A stretch of 64,000 nt of DNA from an uncultured Pseudomonadota bacterium (GTDB lineage Bacteria > Pseudomonadota > Alphaproteobacteria > JACZXZ01), in the NCBI GenBank assembly GCA_963749075.1, contig CAVVLJ010000017.1, positions 736,001-800,000 of the forward strand, in the 5' to 3' direction. Under the pieces are notes generated by a model that made no database searches, was not told where the DNA came from, and was given only the letters and a program-made list of their open reading frames with translations. Positions 46,088 to 57,478 of this stretch are shown here, in pieces. Each line of letters begins with the position of its first letter. Within the stretch, counting starts at the first letter, position 1. A program made the position numbers and the translations under genes.

Positions 46088-47281
46088 TCAGATGCGCGCG
46101 AGGTAGGGCTCGAGTGCCGCGAGGCTCGCGAGGTTGTGCGCCGCTGCGAAGAGGTCGACGTAGGGAAGTGCCGCCTGCATGCCGCGCGCCTCGGGGGCAT
46201 AGCCCTGCCAGCCGATGAGCGGGTTGAGCCAGACGATGCGCCGGCAGCGCCGCCGCAAGCTCGCCATCTCGCGCGCCAGGCGCTCGGGCTCGCCCGTGTC
46301 GTAGCCGTCCGAGAAGATCATCACCGCGGTGCGCGAATTGATGACGCGCCGCGCGTGCCAGCGGTTGAAATCGGCGAGGCTCTCGCCGATGCGCGTGCCG
46401 CCGCCGATCCCTTGCGCCATCAGTGCCATGCGATCGACCGCGCGCGCCGCGTCGCGCTCGCGCAAGGACTGGGAGACGTGGACGAGCCGGGTGTGGAAGA
46501 CGAAGGCCTCGGCCTCGCGGAAGGCCGCGACGACGCCGTGGATGAAGCGCACGAAGAACGCCGTATAGAGGCTCATGGAGCCGGACGCGTCGAGGAGGAT
46601 CACCAGGCGCAGCGGCTTGGCCTTGCGCCGGCGCCACACGAGATCGAGCGGCGTGCCGCCGCGGGAGACGCTGCGGTGGATGGTGCGCCTGAGATCGAGC
46701 CGCCGGCCGCGCCGCCTCGCCTGCTCGCGCCGCAGCAGGCGCGCGCGCATGGCGTGCGCCAGGCGCTCGGCGAGCGCATGGGCCGCCGCCACCTCCTGCG
46801 GATCGGCGATGTGGCGGAGATCGCGCGCCGCGAGGAGCTCGCCCTGAGACGCGCCGAGGCGGCGGCCGCGGCCGTCGACCGGCTCGTCGTCCCCGGTGCC
46901 GCGCTCGACGCGGTCGGGAGCGCCAAGCGCCGCCTCGGAGGTGCCGGCCGAGGGCAGCGGGCCAAGCGCGCGACGGCCCGCGGCTGACGCGGCGGAGGCT
47001 TGCCGCATCCGGCGCACGCCGCGGCCGAGCCAATAGGCGTCGAAGAGCTCGCCGAAGCGCTGCCAGTCGTCGTGGCTTGCCGCGAAGAGGGCGCGCAGCG
47101 CCGGCTTGAGCGACGACGGCCTGAGCACTGCCGGCGAGGCGAGAATGCGGAGCGCGTCGCGCGTCTCGCCGAGGCCGGGCGAGAGGCCATTGTCGCGCAG
47201 CGTGCGCACGAAGCCGGCGAGCCGCCGCCGCGCCGTGCTGCCGATGCCCTCGCTTTCCGCAGGGCCATGCGCGACCGGCAT
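46088..47281 (-). CDS. coxE: VWA-domain CO dehydrogenase accessory protein CoxE
   Basis: DASGSM MIDAS, GGTRIG, SDGYD, WLNP; within the cox cluster. Confidence 0.9.
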   Translation of the reverse strand: MPVAHGPAESEGIGSTARRRLAGFVRTLRDNGLSPGLGETRDALRILASPAVLRPSSLKPALRALFAASHDDWQRFGELFDAYWLGRGVRRMRQASAASAAGRRALGPLPSAGTSEAALGAPDRVERGTGDDEPVDGRGRRLGASQGELLAARDLRHIADPQEVAAAHALAERLAHAMRARLLRREQARRRGRRLDLRRTIHRSVSRGGTPLDLVWRRRKAKPLRLVILLDASGSMSLYTAFFVRFIHGVVAAFREAEAFVFHTRLVHVSQSLRERDAARAVDRMALMAQGIGGGTRIGESLADFNRWHARRVINSRTAVMIFSDGYDTGEPERLAREMASLRRRCRRIVWLNPLIGWQGYAPEARGMQAALPYVDLFAAAHNLASLAALEPYLARI

Positions 47282-47296
47282 GGCGGCCCCCTCCCC

Positions 47297-48172
47297 TCAC
47301 GCCACCTTGCCGAGGAGGCGGTCGCTCACCTCGCGGCTCAAGCGCGAGCGGTCCTCGTGGGTCTTGATGAGGCAGACGAGCGTGTCGAAGACCGCCTCGG
47401 GCTCCTGGCGCAGGTCGTGGACCTCGAGGCCCGCGAGGGTCGCCGCCCAATCGAGCGTCTCGCCGACGCCGGGGACCTTGCGCAAATCCTCCTTGCGCAC
47501 GGCCGCGACCATGCGCGCGATCTGCAGCGCGAGTGCCGCGTCGATGCCGGGGAGCCGCGTCGCGATGATGCGCGCCTCGCGATCGACCTCGGGGAAGTCG
47601 AGGTAATGGTAGAGGCAGCGCCGGCGCAGCGCGTCGGAGAGCTCGCGCGTGGCGTTCGAGGTGAGCACGACGCGCGGGATCGAGCGCGCGACAATGGTGC
47701 CGAGCTCGGGGATGCTGACCTGGAAGTCCGAGAGCAGCTCGAGGAGGAAGGCCTCGAACTCCTCGTCGGCGCGGTCGACCTCGTCGACGAGGAGGACCGG
47801 CGGCTCGGCCCGGCGGATGGCGGCCAAGAGCGGACGCTCGAGGAGATATTTCTCCGAGAAGATCTGCTCCTCGATGGCCTCGGCGCCGGCGCCCTCCCGC
47901 ACCTTGATGGCGAGGAGCTGGCGCTGGTAATTCCACTCGTAGAGTGCCGCACTCTGGTCGAGGCCCTCGTAGCACTGCAGGCGGATGAGCTCCGAGCCGT
48001 GAAGGGCCGCGAGCGCCTTCCCCACCTCGGTCTTGCCCACCCCCGCCTCGCCTTCGAGCAAGAGCGGGCGCTTGAGGAAATCCATGAGCCAGAGCGCCGT
48101 CGCGAGGTCGCGGTCGGCGATGTAGCCGACCGCGGCGAGACGGTCGGCGATCTGCTCGCGGTCGAGGGTCAT
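47297..48172 (-). CDS. coxD: MoxR AAA+ ATPase CoxD
   Basis: GEAGVGKT, RLQCYEG, DEVD, DALRRRC. Confidence 0.9.
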   Translation of the reverse strand: MTLDREQIADRLAAVGYIADRDLATALWLMDFLKRPLLLEGEAGVGKTEVGKALAALHGSELIRLQCYEGLDQSAALYEWNYQRQLLAIKVREGAGAEAIEEQIFSEKYLLERPLLAAIRRAEPPVLLVDEVDRADEEFEAFLLELLSDFQVSIPELGTIVARSIPRVVLTSNATRELSDALRRRCLYHYLDFPEVDREARIIATRLPGIDAALALQIARMVAAVRKEDLRKVPGVGETLDWAATLAGLEVHDLRQEPEAVFDTLVCLIKTHEDRSRLSREVSDRLLGKVA

Positions 48173-48190
48173 GGCCGCTCGGCCGCGGGG

Positions 48191-48292
48191 TACCCCCCAC
48201 CCCAACCCTCCCCCTCAAGGGGGGAGGGGGCCAGTTGGCGCATGCACGGATTCCTTCCCTCCCCCCTTGAGGGGGAGGGCAGGGAGGGGGGT
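48191..48292. repeat. REP doublet (REPIN/BIME-like), copy C, between coxL and coxD
   Basis: TACCCCCCACCCCAACCCTCCCCCTCAAGGGGGGAGGG, spacer, then the inverted unit. Confidence 0.85.
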
Positions 48293-48305
48293 CAACTCAA
48301 AAACA

Positions 48306-50722
<2,417 letters not shown>

Positions 50723-50726
<4 letters not shown>

Positions 50727-51223
50727 TGCGCAGCCTCCTCGAACGGCACGCCCTTGAGCTTGGCGGCGGCGTACTGAATGGCCTTGACGATGTTCTGGTA
50801 GCCGGTGCAGCGGCAGAGGTTGCCCGAGATGCCGAAGCGGATCTCCTCCTCGCTCGGCGCCGGGTTCTCCTTGAGGAGGCGAAAGGCGCGCGTGATCATC
50901 CCCGGCGTGCAGAAGCCGCACTGCAGGCCGTGCATCTCGCGGAAGCCCTCCTGCAGCGCGTGGAGCGTGCCGTCGGCAGCCGCAATGCCCTCGATGGTGA
51001 CGATGTCGGCACCCTCCGCCTGCACCGCGAAGACGGTGCAGGACTTGACCGACTTGCCGTCGAGATCGACCGTGCAGGCACCGCAGTGGCTGGTGTCGCA
51101 GCCGATGTGCGGGCCGGTCAGGCTGAGCTCCTCGCGGAGGAAATGGATGAGGAGCAGGCGCGGCTCGACGAGCGCCTCCACCTTCCTCCCGTTCACCGTC
51201 ATGCTGACGAGCTGCTTCGCCAT
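50723..51223 (-). CDS. coxS: CO dehydrogenase small (2Fe-2S) subunit
   Basis: [27 protein letters not shown]. Confidence 0.95.
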
Positions 51224-51239
51224 CAGGACCTCCTGGTCG

Positions 51240-52103
51240 TCACTTGGCGCGCGACTTGGCGCGGGCGAGCGCCCTCGCCACCATGACGCCCGCCATCTTG
51301 GTGCGATAGTGCGCCGGCCCGCGGTTGTCGGAGGCGGGCGAGGTGATGGCCTCGGCCGCGGCCACGGCTTTCTTCACGGCGGCGGCGTCGAGCGTCGAGC
51401 CGACCACTGCCTTGGCGGCCTCCTCGGCCCAGAGCGCCGTCTCCGCGACGTTGGTGAGGGCGATCGAGCAGGCCGCCACCTTGCCGCCCGCAAGCGTCAG
51501 CACCACGGCTGCCGCCGCGGTCGCGTAATCGCCGATCTTGCGCTTGAGCTTCTCGTAGGCCCAGCCGTGGCCGGCGGCCGGCACGGGGATGCGCACGGCG
51601 GTCAGGAGCTCGCCCGGCTCGAGCGCCGTGACATAGGCGCCCTGGTAGAACTCGCGCGCCGCGATGCGGCGCCCGCCGCCCTTGCCGGCAAGCTCATAGG
51701 CGGCACCCAGGCACATCATCACCGCCGGCATGTCGTTGCCGGGATCGCCGTTCGCCACGTTGCCGCCGAGGGTTCCGACATAGCGCACCTGGGGGTCGGC
51801 GATGACGAGCGCCGTCTCTCGGATGAGCGGCAAGTGCCTAGCGAGCAGCTCCGAGGCCACGAGCTCGGCTTGCGTCGTCATGGCGCCGATCACGACGTCG
51901 CCACCCTCCGCGCGCACGCCGCGCAAGTCGGCGATGCCGCCCAAGTCGACGAGATGCTCGGGCTGGGCGAGCCGCAGCTTCATCATGGGAATGAGGCTGT
52001 GGCCGCCGGCAAGCGGGCGCGCCTCCTCGCCGAGATCGGCGAGCAGGCCCACGGCCTCGCTCACGGATTTCGGGCGATGGTAGGCAAACGGGCCTGGTAT
52101 CAC
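51240..52103 (-). CDS. coxM: CO dehydrogenase medium (FAD) subunit
   Basis: [35 protein letters not shown]; GGAGGAG RBS and GTG start. Confidence 0.93.
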   Translation of the reverse strand: MIPGPFAYHRPKSVSEAVGLLADLGEEARPLAGGHSLIPMMKLRLAQPEHLVDLGGIADLRGVRAEGGDVVIGAMTTQAELVASELLARHLPLIRETALVIADPQVRYVGTLGGNVANGDPGNDMPAVMMCLGAAYELAGKGGGRRIAAREFYQGAYVTALEPGELLTAVRIPVPAAGHGWAYEKLKRKIGDYATAAAAVVLTLAGGKVAACSIALTNVAETALWAEEAAKAVVGSTLDAAAVKKAVAAAEAITSPASDNRGPAHYRTKMAGVMVARALARAKSRAK

Positions 52104-52271
52104 GGCGCTCCTCCCGGACTTCGGCCGCTCGCAGCGGGCGGCGAAGGCCCGCCCGATCGAGGCGCCAAGGTCCACCTGTTGTGTTTTCTTGTGGATTCTT
52201 CCTTATCGCCGGCAGTTTGTCGAGTTCGTGCGATGCAACAGCCGGCACGGCTGTCGGGCTCCGGCCGGCAG

Positions 52272-54239
52272 CTAGCGACTGAGCGAGATCACGCGCTCGC
52301 CGGGCGCCGCGGCGGCGAGCGCTGCCGCAAGCGGGCGGTCGGTCACCAGGCAATCGGCGACACCCCGCGGCGGCTGCAAGCCGAGTTCGTCGCCCACGCC
52401 GAAGTAGCCGTTGAGCGGTCGCAAAGACCACCAGACCGCCGCGAGGTCGGTCAAATAGAGCTCGACGTAGCGGTCGAGGAAAGGGCTCTCCACGTCGACC
52501 GCGATGCGCCGGCAATGGCTGAGCTCGTCGTCGTGCGCCGCGAGATCCCAGGAGAGTGCTGTCTTGTATTTGGCGACCTGCACGCTCGGGTAGGGCGGCG
52601 AGGCGAAATGGATGCCGTCGGGATGCGTCGCCGCGATCGGCCGGGCGATGCCAAAGCCGAGCTGGGCGAGGAGAAAGGCGAGCGCCGGCAGTTGGCGCAA
52701 GCGCCGCCTCGGAGAGCCGCCCGGACGCTCTGCCGGCGCCGCGATCAAAAGCGGCGCTGCGGCCACGAGGAAGAGGAACGGACCGATCATGCTGATCGCC
52801 TTGCCCGCGGCCCAGAGCTTTCCCAGTGCCACGAGGGGGAGCGGCGTCGGCAGCGCCAGGAGCGCCCATAGTGCCAGGCGGCTGCCGCGCTCGTCGAAGC
52901 CGCGGCGCAAGGAGGCGAGGAGCGCGCGCGCGGCCGGGAGCAGGAGTGCCGCCATGGCCGCGAGCACGGCGAGCCGCCAGAGGACGCGCACGGCAAGCGG
53001 GAGCGCCGGCGGCGGCTGCAGGAAATAGAGCCCGAAGAGGCCGGTCACGAGATCGATCGGCACGAAGAGCGCCAGCTGCCACGGATCGAGGTGGAGGACC
53101 TGGCCGCGCTTGTGGGCGTCGGCGAAGTGCTGCGAGAGATCGAGCGGCATGAGGTAGCGCTGGAAATACAAGTACCAGTCGTTGGTGCGCGTGACGGCGG
53201 AATGGATTTGGCGGAAGAGGACTGCCGTCGTGCCGTCCCAGCAGGGCAGCGTGAGCGCCACCCCGAGTGCCGCCGCCGCGACGAGGACGAGCGGCCGGGC
53301 ACCCCGGCCGCGCCAGCAGATCAGCGTGGCGGCGCCGATCGTGGCGGCGTAGATCGGCACGCATTCCGGATAGAGGTAGAGGCCGCCCGCCGCGGCGAGC
53401 GCCACGAGGACGCCGAGCCGCACGTCTTGGCCGAGCCGGCTCTCCGCCTGCCGCGGATCGAGGACGACGAGCGCCAGGCTGCCGGCGAGCAGCACCACCG
53501 GCAGGCCGGCGAGCTCGCTCCAGGCATCGATGTCGAAGACATATTGCAGGAAGAAGCCGAGCGCCAAGGGCGCAGCACCTGCCGTAGCCGCGAGTAGACG
53601 CCGGCCGCCGAGTGCCGTGAGCGTGAAGGCGAAGGCGAAGAAGCTCAAGAGCTGAATGAACGCCTCGAAGACGTAAGCGGTGCTCGTCGGCGGCGAGCCG
53701 GCGAGAAAGGAGGCCGCGGCATGCGCGATGCTGACGGCAGGCCGTTCGCCGAGATTGCTTCCGGCAAAGAGGATGAAGTCGTTCGCGGGCGGCATGGCGT
53801 GCCCGGCTGCCATCAGCTCGTCGTGGCTCAAGTGGTAGTAGGCAACGCTGCCCGCGAGGTAGCTCAACTGGTCCCAGATATTGCCCTGAAAGACGGCGAA
53901 CTGCGGCCCGCCGGTCCATTTGGGCAGCAGCAGCAGGAGTGCGGTCGCGACGGCGATGGCCGCCGGCGCTGCGGCAGTGCGATCGAGGCGGCCGGGCGGC
54001 ACCGCAAGGGCGGCGAGGAGGCCGCAGGCGGCGAGGGCGCTGCCGACGAGGAAGATGTCCCAGGCCGGCACGTCCCAGAGATAGAGGATGTTCGCGAGCA
54101 CGCTCAGGAGGGCTACGCCGAGCACCGGTGCTGCAAGCACCCGGCCGGGGACGTGCGCCGCCGGCAGGAGGATCGCGGGCAGCCAGCCGATGAGCCCGAA
54201 CCAGCCGACGAGACCGGCCATGAAGAGGAAATCCGCCAT
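52272..54239 (-). CDS. Large polytopic membrane protein, possibly a GT-C-type glycosyltransferase
   Basis: 655 aa, about 12 or more hydrophobic segments, polar loop FQGNIWDQLSY; family not recognised. Confidence 0.7.
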   Translation of the reverse strand: MADFLFMAGLVGWFGLIGWLPAILLPAAHVPGRVLAAPVLGVALLSVLANILYLWDVPAWDIFLVGSALAACGLLAALAVPPGRLDRTAAAPAAIAVATALLLLLPKWTGGPQFAVFQGNIWDQLSYLAGSVAYYHLSHDELMAAGHAMPPANDFILFAGSNLGERPAVSIAHAAASFLAGSPPTSTAYVFEAFIQLLSFFAFAFTLTALGGRRLLAATAGAAPLALGFFLQYVFDIDAWSELAGLPVVLLAGSLALVVLDPRQAESRLGQDVRLGVLVALAAAGGLYLYPECVPIYAATIGAATLICWRGRGARPLVLVAAAALGVALTLPCWDGTTAVLFRQIHSAVTRTNDWYLYFQRYLMPLDLSQHFADAHKRGQVLHLDPWQLALFVPIDLVTGLFGLYFLQPPPALPLAVRVLWRLAVLAAMAALLLPAARALLASLRRGFDERGSRLALWALLALPTPLPLVALGKLWAAGKAISMIGPFLFLVAAAPLLIAAPAERPGGSPRRRLRQLPALAFLLAQLGFGIARPIAATHPDGIHFASPPYPSVQVAKYKTALSWDLAAHDDELSHCRRIAVDVESPFLDRYVELYLTDLAAVWWSLRPLNGYFGVGDELGLQPPRGVADCLVTDRPLAAALAAAAPGERVISLSR

Positions 54240-54323
54240 CGCCGCTCTTTGTTATAATGCGCGCCGCCGCCATGGCGTATACAGCCTTTCCCCGCGATCG
54301 GCGATAGAAGGACGCTCGCCGGC

Positions 54324-55151
54324 ATGGAGATCGACGCAGAGCTGGTGAGCGGCCTCGTGCGGGACGCGGCACGGCGCGAGGTGCTGCAGCACTTCCGTGC
54401 GCTTGCCGAGGCCGACGTGCGCGAGAAGGGCCCCGGCGATCTCGTCACGGTCGCCGACGTGGCCTGCGAGCAGGCGCTCGGCAAGGCGCTCCTCGATGCC
54501 TATCCGGGCTCGGCGGTGCTCGGCGAGGAGGCGGCTGCGGCCGATCCGGCGCTCATGCGCCGCCTCTACGCGGCGGCGCCGCTCTGGGTCATCGATCCGA
54601 TCGACGGCACCATCAACTTCGCGGCGGGACGCCCGGGCTTCGCCGTCATCGTGGCGCTCGTCATTGCCGGGCGCACCGAGGCGGGCTGGATCCACGATCC
54701 CCTCGCGGACGAGACGGTGGCGGCACTCAGCGGCGGCGGCGCTTGGCGGGCGGGCGGGCGGCTCGCCGCCGCACGGGGCACGCCGCTTCGGCGCATGCTC
54801 GGCTCCGCCTACGGGCCCGCCCCGGCGGGCGGTGCTGTGGCGGAGGCGCTCGCCGCGAGCGGCGGCATCGGCCGGCTCGACAACCGCCTCTGCGGCGGCG
54901 TCGAGTACATCGAATTCGCGAGCGGGCGGCGCCACTTCATGCTGTCCGCGCGCTCGCTGCCCTGGGACCATGCGGCGGGCGCGCTGATCGCCGCCGAGGC
55001 GGGCGGCACGGCCAGGTTCCTCGACGGCTCGGACTACGACCCGCGCGTCATGGACGGCCGCCTCCTCGTGGCACCCGACGAGGCGGCGTGGCGCCAGCTC
55101 CAGGAGCTCATCCGCACGCTGCCGCAACAGAAGAAAAGGGCCGGGACATGA
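54324..55151 (+). CDS. Inositol monophosphatase family protein
   Basis: DLVT.AD, GEE, WVIDPIDGTINF, PWDHAAG. Confidence 0.9.
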   Translation: MEIDAELVSGLVRDAARREVLQHFRALAEADVREKGPGDLVTVADVACEQALGKALLDAYPGSAVLGEEAAAADPALMRRLYAAAPLWVIDPIDGTINFAAGRPGFAVIVALVIAGRTEAGWIHDPLADETVAALSGGGAWRAGGRLAAARGTPLRRMLGSAYGPAPAGGAVAEALAASGGIGRLDNRLCGGVEYIEFASGRRHFMLSARSLPWDHAAGALIAAEAGGTARFLDGSDYDPRVMDGRLLVAPDEAAWRQLQELIRTLPQQKKRAGT

Positions 55152-55717
55152 GCAAGCGAGACCTCGGCCACTGGACGGTGCTGAGCGAGCGCGAGCTCTT
55201 CGATGCCAGCCCCTTCATCCGGGTGAGCGCCCAGCGGGTGGCACTTCCCGGCGGCCGCGTCGTCGATGATTTCTATCAGCTCGCCATGCCCGACTTCGCC
55301 TGCATCTTCGCCGAGACCGAGGATGGGCGCATCCTGCTGCTGCGCGGCTACCGGCACGGCGCAAGGCGGATATGCCTCTCGGCACCCGGCGGGCACCTCT
55401 CGCCCGGCGAGGCGCCGCTCGCGGCGGCCCAGCGCGAGCTCCTCGAGGAGACGGGCTACGCGGGTGCCAGCTGGCAGCCGCTCGGCAGCTTCATCACCAA
55501 TGCCAATCACCGCTGCCAGATCGCGCACTTCTTCCGCGCCGCCGGCTGCCGCCAGGTCGCAACAGCGGATTCGGGCGACCTCGAGGAGACCGAGCTCGTG
55601 CTCGTGAGCCGCGCGCAACTGCTTGCAGCACTCAAGACCGGCGAGATCCCCTTCGTGAGCCAGATCGCCCTCTTCGGCCTGGCGCTCGGCGCCCTCTCGA
55701 GCGAAGGCGAGCCATAG
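55148..55717 (+). CDS. NUDIX hydrolase
   Basis: PGG..GEAPLAAAQRELLEETG Nudix box; ATGA overlap. Confidence 0.9.
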   Translation: MSKRDLGHWTVLSERELFDASPFIRVSAQRVALPGGRVVDDFYQLAMPDFACIFAETEDGRILLLRGYRHGARRICLSAPGGHLSPGEAPLAAAQRELLEETGYAGASWQPLGSFITNANHRCQIAHFFRAAGCRQVATADSGDLEETELVLVSRAQLLAALKTGEIPFVSQIALFGLALGALSSEGEP

Positions 55718-55775
55718 GCCTTGCTTGGTTGGCTGCGCGATCTGTCTCGGCTACGAACACTGGCGCGCCGTTCCG

Positions 55776-57326
55776 CTACGGGTCGATGCCGCGAAAGGAC
55801 GCGGCATAGGCCTCCTCGGCCGCCATCGCTTCGGCGTCGGTCAATGGCGCGAATTCATGCGTCCGCGCGCGCTTTGACAGCTTGCCGTCGTTCCGCCGGA
55901 GAAAGCGAAACAGCAGGTCGACGGTATTGTCCGGCATATCGGCGATGGCCTCGATGCGGCCGCGGAAGTGATCGTAACGCCGCAGAAAGCCGGTCTCGTG
56001 CGGAAGGTCTTCTTCAATGGTCTTCTTCACGCAAGCGTAGAGGAACTCCGCGTGCGGCGTGGCATCGAAGAAGCGGTAGAAGTCGGCCGTGTCGTTCAAC
56101 ACCTCGACATTGCCGTCCGGCCCGGGCTCCCAACGGATAAGCGGCAAAAGGCGCCTTGAATGGCCCTCCAGCACGGCGCGGTACTCATTGAGCCGCTCCA
56201 GTATCGCCGCCGAAACGGGAAAGACCACGCCGGCAGGGTTGAACCCGCGCTCCGCCAGCACATGGTGGATGAGGTAGCGGTGAATGCGGCCGTTACCGTC
56301 CTCGAAGGGATGCACATAGACGAAGCCGAAGGCCAGCACGGCGGCGGCGATCACCGCGTCCAGCCTCCGGGCCGGTCCGCGGTCGAAGGCGGCCATCCCC
56401 TCGATCAGCGAGGCCAGATCGTCCGGGCGCGCGCCGATGTGGTCCGGCAACGGCATGCGGCTATCGCGATCATGCTCGCCGACAAAACCTCCGCCCTGGC
56501 GAAGGCCGAGCCGCACGAAGCGCGCGTCGCCGATCACGATTGCCTGCAACCGCAGCAGCTCGTTGCGGTCGATCGGCCTGCGCCCGGCTTCGCCGATGGC
56601 GCGTCCCCAGCGCTGGATGCGCTCTTGCGGCGCACGCTCGCCCTCGATGGCGTAGCTCGACTTGGAGTCCTTCAGCAGAAGGAATGCGGCAGCGCGCGCC
56701 AGCACATCGCGCGGCACCTCGGCGACCGCGATCTGCGCGCGGCGCGCCAAGTCCAGCGCCACGAATTGATCGAGGGCCTCCGTGCGGAATACCAGCGGAC
56801 AGAAGACCGGCGCGCCCGGCAGGTTGTCGCGGACGCGGTGGCGCGGCGAGTTCTCTCCTTCGGCCGCCCATTGCTGCTCCGGATCGACGGCGGGCACATA
56901 GGTACCCCTATCGGCATCGGGAAGCCCGAGGCGCCTGCCGGTGAGCCACTCGAAGAGAAACCAGATGCGCCGCGCATAACGGCCGGTCGGCTTGGCCAGC
57001 ACCAGGGACTCGATCTCTCCTGCGCCCATTTGGAGAAATAGCCGCTTGAGGACGGCCAGATCGAGGCCTTCGTACTTGAGAGCAAAGGTGAGATGGCCTT
57101 GGGGGTCGGCAGAGGGAGCATGCCGCGGCGTCAGGATGCGCCAGCCGCCCTCCTCCTTCACCCTGTGCCGCTCGCCGATCGCAGAGAGGGTGCGCGGCAG
57201 GGGAACCGCAAGCGCATAGGCGTCAATGAGGGCAGCATAGCCGGCGGGCGTGGCCCGTTCGGGCAAGGCTCTCTCGTGAAAAACCGTTACCGGGCCTGAA
57301 AACTGATTCGGGACAGAAATTTCCAT
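55776..57326 (-). CDS. Fic family protein (class II-like)
   Basis: HPFEDGNGRIHR catalytic motif; upstream SYAIEG matches the (S/T)xxxE(G/N) inhibitory motif. Confidence 0.9.
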   Translation of the reverse strand: MEISVPNQFSGPVTVFHERALPERATPAGYAALIDAYALAVPLPRTLSAIGERHRVKEEGGWRILTPRHAPSADPQGHLTFALKYEGLDLAVLKRLFLQMGAGEIESLVLAKPTGRYARRIWFLFEWLTGRRLGLPDADRGTYVPAVDPEQQWAAEGENSPRHRVRDNLPGAPVFCPLVFRTEALDQFVALDLARRAQIAVAEVPRDVLARAAAFLLLKDSKSSYAIEGERAPQERIQRWGRAIGEAGRRPIDRNELLRLQAIVIGDARFVRLGLRQGGGFVGEHDRDSRMPLPDHIGARPDDLASLIEGMAAFDRGPARRLDAVIAAAVLAFGFVYVHPFEDGNGRIHRYLIHHVLAERGFNPAGVVFPVSAAILERLNEYRAVLEGHSRRLLPLIRWEPGPDGNVEVLNDTADFYRFFDATPHAEFLYACVKKTIEEDLPHETGFLRRYDHFRGRIEAIADMPDNTVDLLFRFLRRNDGKLSKRARTHEFAPLTDAEAMAAEEAYAASFRGIDP

Positions 57327-57478
57327 GAGAATCTACGTCATCCTGAGAATTTCGATGGTAATTCTATATGTTATGCGAAAAATGATTTTCGCTGCCGAAA
57401 ATCGCATCGTAATCGCAAAAATCATGAAAATCGATTTCGAAGGGCTTTGCCGGCAGCCCCGCAGGCGCGCTGCCCGTC

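Noticed and set aside
44733-48218. 1161-aa fusion ORF ending in an MBL domain
   Set aside because: Its upstream part overlaps coxD, coxE, DUF423 and a REP in other frames; only 44733-45467 is credible
28379-48292. CRISPR interpretation of the repeat-spacer-repeat elements
   Set aside because: The repeats are inverted and dispersed rather than a direct tandem array
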